This document shows positions 1 through 14,426 of a DNA stretch of 64,000 nucleotides, one piece after another. The stretch spans positions 11,470,001 to 11,534,000 of the forward strand of contig JBHGNT010000020.1 in the NCBI GenBank assembly GCA_043228905.1, written 5' to 3'. The notes below the pieces were generated by a model. That model saw nothing but the letters and a program-made list of their open reading frames with translations, was not told the origin of the DNA and searched no databases. The position numbers were made by a program, and so were the translations under genes. Origin of the DNA: Azolla caroliniana (taxonomy: Eukaryota; Plantae; Polypodiophyta). Position 1 is the first letter of the stretch, and the number at the start of each line of letters is the position of its first letter.

Positions 1-73
1 TTGCGACGACAATGTCTGCTTGAAGTGGTGATAGTAGTTGACGAAAGCACAAAGTCTGAAGGCTTGAGGAAGT

Positions 74-396
74 TGTCGAATACAAATGTATAATGGACGT
101 ATTCACACTATCCTCTTAGAGAGCCCAAGTTCGGGCTATTTCTGTAAATAACATAAAGGGCAGTTGCCCTAAGTGAGTCACTATATAAAGTGACCTTCTA
201 ACCTTTTGTAAAGGTTGGTTGTTCATTGTTGTAACGGTTGCCCTTTAATGAATATAGACATATTCTTTGTGCCTCTCTCTCTCTCTCTCAATCTACGTAT
301 TCTGTTCTTCCTTCTCTCATACGCAGGTAATTTATTCCTCATCGATTCAGAATGTTGTGATCTCTTCCGCACTGACGGCCTTGTCCATTTCCTGCA
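74..396 (+). repeat. 5' LTR of Copia A1
   Basis: Starts TGTCGAATAC like the E LTRs, has a TATA and a (CT)n tract, ends CA before the PBS. Confidence 0.9.
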
Positions 397-398
397 TT

Positions 399-410
399 TG
401 GTATCAGAGC
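399..410 (+). promoter_or_regulatory. Primer-binding site, tRNA-iMet
   Basis: TGGTATCAGAGC 2 nt after the LTR end. Confidence 0.95.
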
Positions 411-935
411 TTGGATGTCCTTCATCCCGCTGCCGGCTGCCATACGAATCTTTGGATCACAACATTCTGTTTTTTTTTGTTTTGTATTTTGAGGAAACAA
501 AGAAGAAGAAAAACGATGCTTGCATCTCATCGCGTAAGATCATCTTCGCTTGGAGTAAGCCAGCCGGCTGTACTCTGTTCCTCGTGATCGTAACCGCTCG
601 AGGTGAAATCCCCTTGTGCAACATTGACACGATCGTGCTCCACTCGGTTAAACGGCATCCGAACAGGTCACCGAACGCTGCTCGCCGCCCGTTGTAACCA
701 CTCGGTGCAGATCAGTCTCAAGACAACAATCCCAATTCGTGCTTCATCCGGCTGATCGACATTCGGGAGGATCAATTGGATCCGTCTCTCTCGTCGCTGC
801 AGTCACCCGAAGCAGAATTGGTCTAGACAATCGGTTTCAATAATCGGTATTTGGCATATATATTCGGAAGCGATCCGGGCTCACTCCGACTCGGCAACAT
901 TCGGGAAGACCAGTCGGCTCTGTCCCTCAAGTTAC

Positions 936-1849
936 TGATGGGAACTAAAACACTCCTTCTACACGACGCTCGGCCACACCCGAGCTTAGAATCATACACA
1001 GAAAACGGGAAATAATGAACGACACGAAGAAGAGACGAGTACGCAGGATGTTTACGTGGAAAACCCAAACTAAGAGGGAAAAACCATGGCAGCCCACAGG
1101 CTGCAAACTATCACTATGTTAAAACGTACAACTGTGAGTTCACGGAGGCAACGACCTCGTGCTCACGATCCTCGCCACAGGCGGCGGTTACAACAGAGGC
1201 AACAACCTCTTTCTCTCTCTCTCTCTCTATACACAGTTACACGCTCTCTCTCTCCTTGCACCAACGAGAATGACAACAACACTATAAAAGTTTGTCCTAA
1301 GTCATATTTATACTAATATGACTTTTCGGCTATTTACAAATATAGCCACGATGGACTCTCAGAAACATATTTACAAATATGTCTCTTCATCTGGAGAGCG
1401 CTCCTTATCGAGCCTGCATCATCCGGATCTTGCCGGGCACTCGTCATCCAGTTCTCACCGGGTCTGCACCATCCGGCTCTCCGTAGCCGGGTACTCCTCA
1501 TACGGTTATCACCGGGTCTGCACCATCCGGCTCTCCGCAGCCGGGTACTCCTCATCCGGTTATCATCGGGTCTGCAACATCCGGCTCTCCGTAGCCGGGT
1601 ACTCCTCATCCGGTTATCACCGGGTCTGCAACATCCGGCTCTCTGTAACCGGGTACTCCTCATCCGGTTATCACCGGGTCTGCACCATCCGGCTCTCCGT
1701 AGCTAGGTACTCCCCATTCAGTTCTCACCGGGTCTGCACCATCCGGCTCTCCGTAGCTGGGTACTCCTCATCCGGTTTTGGCCTCGGCCGAGTTTGCTTA
1801 TCAGCACTGTTCTTCTCCCTTCCCATCCGGAGGGACCTGTCTCCCAACA
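936..1849 (-). repeat. 3' LTR of B1 with about 7 copies of a 54-bp tandem repeat (about 1400-1780)
   Basis: Homologous to the LTRs at 35979-36739 and 43235-44051. The repeat translates as an 18-aa unit. Confidence 0.9.
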
Positions 1850-3855
1850 AACTCCCCCTTCACTCCGGCATGGGGTGTCTTACTAGTCCGATCCTCTTTC
1901 GGCATGCATCCAGCTTGTCGGGTATCAGCACTTTGGTCAACATATTTGACCCGTTCTCAACCGTGTGGATCTTCGTCAGTGCGAACTCCTGGTCATCTAC
2001 TCTTTCCCGGATCCAGTGATATCTTCGCTAGATATGCTTCGTCCGGGAATGGTAGGCCGCATTCTTAGCAAGATGGATGGCACTGTGACTATCGCAATAG
2101 AGTTGGTATTCATCTTGCCGGATACCGAGCTCTCCGATGAAGTCCTTCATCCATAATATTTCCTTGCCGGCTTCCACAGCCGCCATGTACTCCGCCTCCG
2201 TTGTTGACAATGCAACCGTCTTCTGCAGCCTCGACTGCCACGAAACAGCTCCCCCTGCATATGTCATTACATACCCGGATGTAGACCGGCTGGTATCCAC
2301 ATCAGCCGACATGTCCGAATTGGTAAAACCGTCAAGTTGAGGTTTTCCGGAGCCGAATCGGAAACACATATTTGAGGTGCCCTTCAAGTACCGGAGTATC
2401 CATTTGACCACGTTCCAGTGCTCCTTGCCAAGATTGCTCATAAACCGGCTCACCACTCCGGTTACGTATACTATGTCCGGTCAGGTACACACCATTGCGT
2501 ACATCAAGCTCCCGACGACAGAGGCATATGGAATCTTCATCATATCCGCCTTCTCTGCTTTCGTCTTCAGGCTTTGCTTACCGGATAGCCTGCAGTTTGC
2601 CGGAAGTGTCAATCCGACTGGTTTCGCATCTGACATGTTGAACCGGTGAAGCACCTTTGTCACGTACTTTTCCTGTGACAGCCATAATTGCTTCACTGAC
2701 CGGTTCCGGATAATATGCATCCCGAACATCTGTCTTGCCAGACCCAAGTCTTTCATTGAGAAGGTCCGGTTGAGTGCCTTCTTCAGCATCCGTATTTTGA
2801 CTTGGTCCCGTCCAACGATCTACATGTCATCCACGTACAGAAGGAGTATCAGGAAGTCGCCTCCTTCAAACTTCTTCACAAACACGTAGTGATCAGCCTG
2901 CGTCTTGTGGTACCCTTGATCGGCCATGAAGGAGTCGAACTTCTGGTACCATTGACAGGGAGCCTGCTTTAGTCCGTACAGGCTCTTCTAAAGCCGGCAT
3001 ACCAGGTACTCCTTCCCTTTCTCCACAAATCCTTCCGGTTGCTGCATGTAGATCTCCTCTTCGAGGTCACCGTGAAGGAATGTCATCTTCATGTCTAGCT
3101 GCTCTACCTCGAGGTCCATGCTTGCCGCTATACTCAGCTCCGTCCGGATGGAGGTCATCTTTACTACCGGAGCAAATATCTCGTCAAAGTCCACGCCCTT
3201 CTTTTGCTGGAACCCCTTCACCACGATCCTGGCTTTGTATCTCGGGGGGTTGCCGGCGTCTCCCGGTTTCAACTTGTACACCCACTTGTTACGGAGTACC
3301 CGCTTTCCTTTTGGCAACTCCACCAATTCGTACGTATGGTTCTCATGCATGGAATCCATCTCATCCTGCATGGCACTTAACCATTTGCGGTTGTGGGTGT
3401 CATCCTTCGCTTCTTCGAAGCTTTCCGGCTCCCCCTCATCGGTCAACAGAACATGCTCTGCATCCGGAAATCTCCGGGGGGCCCTTCTCTCTCTGAGAGG
3501 ATATCTCCATCTTCGGGCTTCAGTAACTGGTTCCTCCATTTGCTCTTCATCCGAATCCGATTCGGGGTCTTGGCCGGTTCCGGTTTCAACTTCCTCTACT
3601 TCTTCTTCAGCCTATTCGGTATCCTCACCGTAACCGGCTGGTCCCTCGAGTGCGAACCGGTCTCTTGCCGGTTGGGTTTGCTCATCGTAGAGTCGATCCT
3701 TACCGGTCGACTCGGAGTTCATTACCTTCTTCTCTCACTCCCAGTCGGCGAGCGTCTTGTCCTCCATGAAGATAAGATCTCGACTCCGGAATACCTTCTT
3801 GTCGACCAGGTCCCACACTCGGTAGCCGAACTCATCGTCACCGTAATCGAGGAAC
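936..3855 (-). mobile_element. Ty1/Copia element B1 (Tto1-like), 3' half only
   Basis: 3' LTR 936-1849 and PPT 1850-1860 (AAGGGGGAGTT on minus). RT/RNase H ORF fragments at 2028-3539 (YKARIVVKGF, ALSTTEAEY). Joined to A1 gag at about 3855 by a deletion. Confidence 0.9.
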
Positions 3856-5433
3856 CCTCTACAACTTGCGGATGAAAGACTCCGATTCAGTTGAGGCACA
3901 CCTTAACGAGTACGAAAGTTTGAGCTCCCAAATCTCGTCACAGGGGACGACAATCGAGGATGAACTCAGAGCAATGATACTCATGAGCAGTCTCCCCTCC
4001 TCTTGGGAAACCTTCGTTACAACTGTGTGCAACACTTCTACGACTGCCATCAAGTACTCTGAAGTCACAAGTGCAATCCTGACTGAAGCAGCTCGGAGAA
4101 AGTCTTTCACCAAAGACTCGGCAGAAGAAGCCTATGTAGTACAAGGTTCGACCGACCGATCAAACAACCGGGGAAGAAGTTCTTCCCGACCGCCGACAAA
4201 TCAGCGAAGCCGCAGCAAGTCCCGGGAAACCCGAATCTGCAACTACTGCAAGAAACCGGGACACATCAAGGTCGACTGTCGGGTACTCAAGTCAAAGACA
4301 GACAAAGCTCAGAGAGCTGATCAGAGGAGTAACCGGCATGAGGAAGTCAACTACGTCGGCTCTTCAGCCGAGATATTGACGACCGACCCAAACATATTGT
4401 CCATAGAGAATTTAGTAGAATTAGAAGTTCTACTTACGACTGAGGAATCGAGCACATGGCTTCTGGACTCGGGCGCGTCGTATCACGTGACACCTCACCG
4501 ATCACAGTTTCGGCAATATTCGGACCGGCACTCCAACTAAGTTCGAGTCGGAAATTCGCAGCATTGTGCTATCATCGGAATTGGCACCGTAGAGCTCAAC
4601 CTTCCGGGTGGCTCTACACTCGTACTACACGACGTCCGACATGTTCCTGAGCTCTCACGACCCATGACCTCCGTCAGACAACTTGATGAAGCTGGCATCC
4701 GTGCTGGTTTCTCATCAGGAGGGTGGACACTCCACAAAGGGAACCTCCTGCTTGCTAGAGGACCAAAGGTACACTCATTGTACCCTTTGTATGTCACACT
4801 CAAAGAGGGTGACTTATTTCTAGTAGATATCCCTGTGTCATCCTTATGGCATGGACGACTTGGACACCTCAGCAAGGCCGGCATCACGCACCTATCTAGA
4901 GCCGGATACATCCCGAAACTCTCCTTCTCGAACCATCAGTTTTGCGAGCATTGCCAGTACGGCAAACAGGTAGCCGCATCACACCCGATATTAGCACCAA
5001 GAGAGTCGAGCCCGCTCGATTTAGTCCACTCGGACGTCTGTGGCCCGATGCCACATCAGTCACTCGGTGGTGCCTCGTACTTCGTCAGTTTCATTGACGA
5101 CTCGACTCGGAAAGTGTGGGCTTACCCCATCAGAACCAAAGATCGGGTGTTCTCGATTTTCTCAGATTGGCTCGCAATGGTCGAAAACCAGACCGGTCGG
5201 AAACTGAAGTGTCTCCGAACCGACAATGGAGGTGAGTTCAAATCTGATGAATTCATCAAATTTTGCCGAGAACACGGCATTAGACGTGAATATACGGCAC
5301 CATATTGTCCGGAGCAAAACGGAATCGCAGAACGCATGAATCGGACGATTCAAGAATGTGTTGTATCCATGCTCCAACACTCCGGACTGTCAGATGGCTT
5401 CTGGGCAAAGGCTCTACTCACGGCAGTACACAT
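3856..5433 (+). pseudogene. A1 gag (CCHC), protease (LDSGAS) and integrase core, with a premature stop at 4538-4540
   Basis: ORFs 3866-4540 and 4664-5440 are near-identical to the E polyprotein. Confidence 0.9.
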
Positions 5434-6548
5434 TTACTAATATCCCTACAATCCTCGTCACTAAATCTCTTCGTTATTTCTACCAAATAACGGACTATGT
5501 GAAGAACCACTCATCTCTTAGTCCTTTAAGATATGCATGAGTTACTTGACAACTCACTCTCGTTAGGAACCCCCATTCGGTCACTAGATTTATCCACAAA
5601 AATTAAGTGTCTTGCGAAAGTAGTTAATGTTATGTAGACTCAACCAAGAAAACACAATCAAATGTTTTTAAATGTGGCCTGCAAAGTGAGAAATATTTTG
5701 TTTCAAACATTAGAATTACATATCAAATATGACAAATGTCAATTCTAAAAATTTAGTACTAAAATATGAAGAAATGAAACATTTTAGTACTGAAAATAAA
5801 AAAATGGATGGAAGGAACCTCCAATGGTGGAGGGAGCGTTGGATATGCCGCCTCGATTTGGTGGAAGGAACCTCCAATGGTGGAGGGAGCGTGGATATGC
5901 AGCGTCGATTTGGTGGAAGGAACCTCCAATGGTGGAGGGAGCGTTGGATATGCCGCCTCGATTTGGTGGAAGGAACCTCCAATGCCGCCTCGATTTGGTG
6001 GAAAAAGCCCCAAATCACCACGACATCAACTGCAATCGGTGGAAGTAAGAAAGTCATTGTCGAAGAAGTCACTATTGGCTGCTACCTAAACCCTCAGAAC
6101 AGTCTCTGTACCTCAACCTAAACCCTAACAAAAACAGAAACCCTAAAAAAATCAGAAATCCTCAACTCAAACTCTCCAACCAGACATGGATGTTTGAGAT
6201 TTAGATTGAAGGAAAATCAGAAACGTGACATGAATGTCTGTGATGAAAAGCTCAGAGGGATAGAGGAAGAGGAGTATGAGGGGAAGCACCAAAACGACGT
6301 GAGGGGAAGCGCCAAAATCGACGTGAGGGGAAAATAGCCCCCAAAATGGAAGAACATCTCCTCACGTGTTCCCCCCACTCCTTCTATAGTAAATGACACT
6401 TGTACTACAGTCACCCCACTCTCCAAAATCGATTTTCTTTTTCTCTAATTTTTTTTTTGAATTATTCAATACTAACAGTATTGAAAGTACTGACAATTTT
6501 TGTGGCAAAAAACAGTACTTTTCTGGTACACCGTAGCGTGCTTCGACC
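5434..6548. mobile_element. Unclassified 1.1-kb insertion in A1 integrase
   Basis: A1 reads ...CAGTACACAT|insert|CATAATCAATATG (CAT duplicated). No LTR or TIR seen. Contains a 53-bp tandem array and AAACCCTA motifs. Confidence 0.7.
5809..6003. repeat. 53-bp tandem repeat, about 3.5 copies
   Basis: Unit TGGAAGGAACCTCCAATGGTGGAGGGAGCGTTGGATATGCCGCCTCGATTTGG. Confidence 0.9.
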
Positions 6549-7719
6549 CATAATCAATATGTCACCAAGTAGACCTCTAGGACTTAAGATACCTCAGGAA
6601 ATATGGACCGGCAGAAAGCCGAATTATGATAAGCTGAGGATTTTCGGTTGCGAGGCATACGCCCTCATACCGAAAGACGACCGCCGAAAACTCTAACCGA
6701 GATCAAGGAAATGCGTTTTCCTCGGGTACGGACCCGACGGCAAGATCGGATACCTACTCTGGGACCCTGAGCACAGGCAAATCGTCCGAAGTTCGGATGT
6801 CGTGTTCAATGAGTTGACTATGCACAAAACGGCCGAAAGGCCTATCGAAGTCCGAAGGGTAATATTTTCCGTAGTGCCAACCCTTCATGACGGCCCAACA
6901 CACAACACGAGACCGGTTTCATGGGTAACCGACTTCTCTCGCACCGAATCCACAGATTCGGCACAACCGAATGGCTCGGCTTCCGACCATCCGACATCGA
7001 CACCCGGTGCGACCATCCCAGTCATACCTCGAAGATCCGAGAGACTGTCGCAACCTCCGGAGAGGTACTCTCTCGACATTTTCTTCACCAACGCCGGCGA
7101 ACCAACATCCTACGAAGAAGCATCGGCAACTGCCGATTCAGCCACCTGGCATCTAGCAATGGAGTCGGAAATGCACTCAATCCACGCCAACAAAACTTGG
7201 GATCTGGTCGACTTACCGAAGAACCGACGTGCTCTTCCTTGCAAGTGGGTCTATAGACTAAAGGAGACATCCGACTCAACCACCCCAAAGTACAAGGCCA
7301 GATTAGTTACGAAGGGATTTCGACAGGAATATCGTGTCGACTTCGACGAAATCTTTTCACCAGTGGTGAAAATGACCACCCTTCGTTTCATGCTCGGTGT
7401 TGTGGCTACCAACAATTTGGAGTTGATTCAGCTAGATGTGAAAACGGCATTCCTCCACGGTGATCTAAAGGAGGAAATCTACATGGAGCAGCCGAAAGGC
7501 TTTGTGGCCACTGGTCAGGAACATCTAGTGTGCCGACTCAGGAAGAGTCTCTACAGCCTGAAACAGGCACCCCAACAGTGGTACAAGAAGTTCGACGACT
7601 TCGTCCAGTCGGTCGGCTTCTCCAAGAGCGATGAGGACCACTGCCTCTTCACCAAAACAGCTCAAGACGGTTCTCCCATCTTCCTCATCATCTACGTGGA
7701 CGACATGCTACTCTCCGAC
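6549..7719 (+). pseudogene. A1 integrase C-terminus and RT up to YVDD
   Basis: ORF 6802-7731. Interrupted just after YVDDMLLS by element C. Confidence 0.9.
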
Positions 7720-8199
7720 TGTCAGGAATAGTACTAAGCAGAGATGGAATTAGTACTAAAGAAGAGCAGTACTATTAGTACTAAGAGGACGGGACTGCGT
7801 AAGACTCCCGAGAGAGAGAGAGAAAAAGAGAAGCGAAAGGAGAGATAGCGAGGATGAGAGAGAGAGAGAGAGATGATGATGACAGCCAATATATTATGTG
7901 AAGGATAAGTACAAAATGGCTAAAAGGCTTAAGACTGGCGTTGAACCAATTTGGTTCAACATAATGCCTAGTGCCCTCTTTTATAGTGTTCTTAGGAATA
8001 ATCCTGAAGCTTCTAGAATGTTTCAGAGAGATCTGGAATATACATCAATTTTCTATGATAAAGCATAAAATATTGAAAATAATATCCTACGTATTACAAT
8101 TCATAGTCTAATGGTAAGGACTCGACCCATGTAGCATAAGGTCATGGGTTCGAGTCTTGCCATATCTTGACACTATCTCCCCCTTAAAGACGACGAGTG

Positions 8200-9048
8200 G
8201 AACGAGTCGGCGCTGATTGCGGACCGGGTTTGTCCGGATACTTTCGGTGGACATCAGTCGGTGGAAATCAGTAAGAAGATCCTGAGCATTGGCAACATGC
8301 TCGATGGGTTCCCAAGTACGTTCGCTTGGACTATAACCGAGCCAATCGACCAAATAATAAAGTTTGTTGCAAACAAGTTTGGAATCGAGGATGGCAGCAA
8401 CTTCATACTCTGGGCCGGCGTCCAACTCCAGCGGGGGCGGCGGCGGTGTAACATGATCGGGAATGGTGTTTGCTTTATAAGGTTCAAGAAGAGAACAATG
8501 GAAAACCGGATGTATCTGAAGCTGCGGAGGGAGATCAAGGCGGAATGTGACATCATTAACCTTACCCGTAATACGGAAAGGACCGAGTCGTCGATAATCC
8601 AACTTGTCGCACGGTCGAGTAGTCTTGATGTGACGACGTAAGAGCCATACTCGATCTCCGATGGCAAAAGAGGAGGGAAGCCAATGACGATCCGCGTAAG
8701 TCTTCTGCGTTTGTTGAGCATGACGAAGATGAGTCGAGAGATCTGTCTGGATCTTGCGTAGTCTCTCCAAATGATCCCCGACACGAGGATTGGTAGGTAG
8801 CTCCGGGGTGTCGATCACCGACCAGCGAGGATGAGAACTGGTATAAGCAAAAAATGGGGAGACCCGAGTCGAGGAGTGAATAGCATTATTATACGCAAAC
8901 TCCGCAAAGTGGAGAATCTCGGCCCAATCGTCCTGTTGATAACTCGGGAAACACCGGAGATATTGCTCCAGTGTTTGGTTTGTTCGTTCCGCCTGCCCGT
9001 CGGTCTGAGGATGGTAGCCGGAGGAGAGGTTGCAGGAGACCTTGATCA
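8200..9048 (-). pseudogene. Integrase C-terminal half plus chromodomain of element C
   Basis: YHPQTDGQAER, GPF/Y and IHPVFH motifs plus a group I-like chromodomain. Confidence 0.9.
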
Positions 9049-9220
9049 TGTCGAATACATGTGTATAATGGACGTATTCACACTATCCCGTTTTGGCCAT
9101 TTATGTAATTAGCATAAAGGGTAGTTGCCCTAAGTCGGTCACTATATATAGTGACCTTGTAACCTTTTTGTAAGGTTGGGTGTTGTATTATTGCTTTATG
9201 GAATAAGGAGTCTTTTGTGC

Positions 9221-9280
<60 letters not shown>

Positions 9281-12200
9281 AACGACCTACAAACTGTCAT
9301 ACGCAGGTATTCAGAACACAATCAAATGCTACTTGATCTTCCGCACAGACGACCTTGCCTCAACATCTGGTATCAGAGCCTGCACAGTAGTCGACTCAGC
9401 ATTCGGTTTCCTGCGTCATTCGAAGAAGAGAGAAGAAGAAGAAAAACGAGGCCTGCATCTCATCGCGTTAGATCATCTTTGTTTGGAGTAAGCCAGCAGG
9501 TTGTACTCCGTTCCTTGTGATCGTAACCGCTCGAGGTGAAATCCCCTTGTGCAACTTTGACACGATCGTGCTCCATTCTGTTAAACGGCATCCGAAGAGG
9601 TCATCAAACGCTGCTCGCCGCTCATTGTAACCACTCGGTGCAGATCGGTCTCAAGACAACAACCCCAATTCGTGCTTCATCCGGCTGATCGACATTCGAG
9701 AGGATCAGTTGGATCCATCTCTCTCGTCGCTGCAGTCACCCGAAGCCGAATCGGTCCAGATAATCGGTTTCAATAATCGGTATTCGGCATATATATCCGA
9801 AGCGAACCGGGCTCACTCCGACTCGGCAACATTCGGGAAGACCAGTCGGTTCTGTCCCTCAAGCTACCGGAGTCAATTCGAGCAAGTTCCGAAGCCGAAC
9901 CGACTCGGGTTCAAATCCGACTAGAACGATATCGGGTGAGCCAACCGGCTGCACTCCAACAAGGTTCGTAGTCAACTCCGAACCGAGCTTCGTCAACCAA
10001 AACCGAATTTGATGGCATCAACATCCGGCTTGTCAGAAACGAGTCTACGAAAGTTCGATGGATCGAACTTCAACTTCTGGAAGGAACAAATGCAGGACTA
10101 TCTCATAGTCAAGGGGCAAATCGATCCCATCGAAAATGAAGAACCTCCAGAAGGATACAAACCAATTGAGTGGCAGAAGCTGGACAGAATTGTCCGCGCC
10201 ACGATTCGGATGCACCTATCGGAATCGGTATACTTTACGGTGCAATCGTGTACGACAGCATTCGAACTGTGGAAAACACTATCGGACACTTACGAAAAGA
10301 AGGTCGCCGCAACGAAGATGTTTCTGATCCGGCGCCTCTACAACTTGCGGATGAAAGAATCCGATTCGGTTCAAGCACACCTCAATGAGTACGAAAGCAT
10401 AAGCTCCCAAATCTCGTCACAGGGGACGGCAATCGAGGATGAACTCAGAGCAATGATACTCATGAGCAGCCTTCCCTCATCATGGGAAACTTTCGTCACA
10501 ACCGTGTGCAATGCGTCAACCACGGCTGTTAAATACTCCGAAGTCACGAGCGCAATCCTGACCGAAGCAGCTCGGAGAAAGTCTTTCGCCAAAGACTCAA
10601 CAGACGACGCTTACGTAGTACAAGGTTCGACAGACCGATCGAACATACGAGGAAGAGATTCCTCACGGCCGCCGAACAATCAGCGAAGACGGAGCCAGTC
10701 ACGGGATAACCGAATCTGCAACTATTGCAAGAAACCCGGACACATCAAAGCCGACTGCCGCGCACTCAAGAACAAGAACAACAAGAAGAGTGGCCGGCAT
10801 GAGGAGATCAATTACGTCAGCTTCTCAGCTGATGTACTACCGGACGACCCGAATATACTATCAATCGAAAATCCAGTCGGATCAGAAGTTCTACTCACGA
10901 CTGAAGAATCGAGCACATGGCTCTTAGATTCGGGCGCGTCATTTCACGTGACTCCTCATCGATCCCAATTTCGGCAATATACGATCCGTCACTCCGACTC
11001 AGTTCGAGTCGGCAACTCCCAACACTGTGACATCATCGGAATCGGCACAGTAGAGCTCAACCTTGCAGGTGGCTCTACACTTGTACTCCACAATGTCCGA
11101 CATGTACCCGAGCTCTCAAGGCCATTGATCTCAGTCGGACAACTAGATGAAGACGGCATTCGTGCCGGTTTTTCTTCGGGAGGGTGGACACTCCACAGGG
11201 GGAACCTCCTGCTTGCTAGAGGACCCAAGATACACTCCCTGTATCCGTTACATGTTACGCTCAGAGAGGGTAACCTGTTTTTGGTGGATATTCCTGTGTC
11301 ATCACTATGGCACCGAAGATTAGGACACCTCAGCAAGGCCGGCATCACGCACCTATCTAGAGTTGGATACATCCCCAAACTCTCCTTCTCGGACCATCAA
11401 TTTTGCGAGCATTGCCAGTATGGCAAACAAGCAGCCGCATCACACCCGACATCAGCACCAAGAGAAACGAGACCTCTCGATTTGGTCCACTCGGACGTCT
11501 GTGGCCCAATGCCGCATCAGTCTCTCGGCGGTGCCTCTTACTTCGTCACTTTTATTGACGATTCGACTCGAAAGGTGTGGGCTTATCCAATTCGCACCAA
11601 AGATCGGGTCTTCTCGATCTTCACCGATTGGCTCGCTATGGTAGAAAATCAAACCTACCGAAAGCTGAAATGCTTTCGGACAGACAATGGGGGAGAGTTT
11701 AAATCCGAAGAATTCGTCAAATTCTGCCGACAACGCGGCATCCGACGTGAATTTACGGCACCACACAGTCCGGAGCAAAATGGGATTGCCGAACGCATGA
11801 ATCGGACAATCCAAGAACGGACAGTTTCCATGCTCCAACACTCCGGACTGTTGGATGGCTTCTGGGCAGAGGCTCTACTCACGGCAGTACACATAATCAA
11901 TATGTCGCCAAGTAGACCTCTAGGACTTCAAATTCCTCAGGAACTATGGATCGGCAGTAAGCCGAATTACGACAAGCTGAGGATCTTCGGATGCGAGGCG
12001 TACGCCCTTATTCCGAAAGATGATCGCCGAAAACTTGCACCTCGGTCCAGGAAATGCATTTTCCTTGGATATGGATCCGACGGCGAAATGGGATACCGAC
12101 TCTGGGACCCCGAACGCAGACAAATCGTTCGAAGTTCGGATGTTGTGTTCAACGAGTCGGCTATGAATCCATCAGTCGAAAAACCGATCGAAGTCCGAAG

Positions 12201-14389
12201 GGTAACATTTTCCGATGTGCCGACCCTTCAAGAAGGCCCCGCTCTCAACACACGGTCAGCTTCACGGGTAGCTGAACCTTACACTACCGACTCGGACAAC
12301 CCCGACTCGGCACAACAGAACAATCCGCTTTCGGACCATCCGACCTTGATACCCGATGCGACCAGTCCAATCTTACCTCGACGATCCGAGAGACTGTCGC
12401 AACCTCCGGAGAGGTATTCTCCTGGAATTTTCTTCACCGACGCCGGCGAACCGACGTCTTACGAAGAAGCATCGACATCTGTCGATTCAGCCACCTGGCA
12501 TCTGGCGATGGAGTCGGAAATGCACTCCATTCGGGCAAACAAGACTTGGGATCTGGTCGAATTACCTAGGAACCGACGTGCTCTTCCTTGCAAGTGGGTT
12601 TATCGACTAAAAGAGACGTCTGATTCGACCACCCCAAAGTACAAGGCCAGATTAGTTGCGAAGGGCTTCCGACAAGAATATGGCGTCGACTTCGACGAGA
12701 TTTTTTCACCAGTGGTGAAAATGACAACCCTTCGTTTCCTACTCGGCGTAGTGGCAGCCGACAACTTGGAGCTGATTCAGCTAGATGTCAAAACAGCCTT
12801 CCTCCATGGTGATCTTGACGAGGAAATTTATATGGAGCAGCCAAAAGGCTTCGTGGCGACTGGCCAAGAACATCTAGTCTGCCGACTCAGGAAGAGTCTA
12901 TACGGCCTCAAACAGGCACCGCGACAATGGTACAAGAAGTTCGACGACTTCATCCAATCGATCGGCTTCTCAAAAAGCGATGAGGACCATTGTCTTTTCA
13001 CCAACACAGCTCAAGATGGATCACCCATCTTCCTCATCATTTACGTGGACGACATGCTAATTTCTGGACGCCACGCGGGCGAACTTGCCGATCTCATTCG
13101 GCAACTGCGGTTGAAGTTTGCCATGAAGGACCTCGGTCCGGCACGACACATACTCGGCATGAAGATTAGTCGGCATCGCGATAAACGACATCTTTTTCTG
13201 TCTCAGACCGACTATATCCGACGTGTCTTAGAACGCTTCAACATGCAATCAGCCAAATCTGCTTCAACCCCGCTCCCTATGAATCTTCGGCTCTCTCAGC
13301 GAGACTGCCCGACATCCGGTCCGGAGGGGGAAGATATGAAGTCGGTACCGTATGCATCGGCAGTCGGCTCCCTTATGTACCTGATGGTCGCGACACGGCC
13401 TGATATTTCTCACGCCGTAGGAGTCGTTAGCAGATTTATGCACAATCCTGGCCGATCGCATTGGAACGCAGTCAAGCATGTGTTCAGATATCTGGCTGGC
13501 ACAAAAGACCACGGCATTCTTTTCGGTCCGAACCGAACCTCAGGCGTAGTCGGTTACACCGACTCGGACTTCGCCGGCTGTATAGACAGTCGGAAATCAA
13601 CAACCGGATACTGCTTCAAATTCGGCAATGGAGCAATCTCGTGGAAGTCGAAACTTCAGGAGTGCACAACGACCTCAACGACCGAAGCAGAATATGTAGC
13701 TGCGTCCGACGCAGCAAAAGAAGCTTTGTGGCTCGGTCGGCTGGCGCACACGTTTCGACAAGTCGACCATGACTCGGCTCCAGTTGTCTACAGCGACAGT
13801 CAAGGTGCTGTTGCCTTGTCGAGAAATCCGGTTCATCATAACGCCTCCAAACATATCGACGTTCGATATCACTTCGTTCGGGACTGCGTCATTTCAGGGA
13901 AAATCGGTCTAGAGAAAATATCCACAACCGACAATGTCGCAGATGGAATGACCAAGTGTCTTTCGGCAGACCGCTTTCGGTCTCTTCGGCATCAGATGGG
14001 CGTAACGACAAACCAGTCCGGTTAGAGCCGGACACAGAGCAGGATGGTTCCCGACAACCGACATCAGTTCCTTAATGATCGGCTTCAACTGTTCCGACCC
14101 GACCAGTTCGGTCTTCTGCCTTCGGACCCTGCCGACTCGAACAAAGCTGATATGTCTGAGAACCTAAGTCTATACCTGTAATCTTAGATAACCCATGTAT
14201 ACGCCCATTACGGGGGAGTGTCGAATACATGTGTATAATGGACGTATTCACACTATCCCGTTTTGGCCATTTATGTAATTAGCATAAAGGGTAGTTGCCC
14301 TAAGTCGGTCACTATATATAGTGACCTTGTAACCTTTTTGTAAGGTTGGGTGTTGTATTATTGCTTTATGGAATAAGGAGTCTTTTGTG

Positions 14390-14426
<37 letters not shown>

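Noticed and set aside
1400-1780. CRISPR-like array (also 5809-6003, 36050-36275, 43310-43590, 52730-53003)
   Set aside because: These are head-to-tail tandem repeats with no unique spacers, in a eukaryotic LTR context with no cas genes.
1318-2019. 233-aa repetitive ORF (and 35926-36345, 35945-36292) as real genes
   Set aside because: They are open only because the LTR repeat unit is 54 bp, a multiple of three with no stop in those frames.
6080-6150. Interstitial telomere array
   Set aside because: Only scattered AAACCCT(A) units are present, consistent with telo-box motifs rather than an array.
8101-8165. Functional tRNA genes at the A/B-box modules
   Set aside because: I could not fold a convincing full cloverleaf with an anticodon arm, and all the modules sit in or next to LTRs. 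Reported as tRNA-like only.
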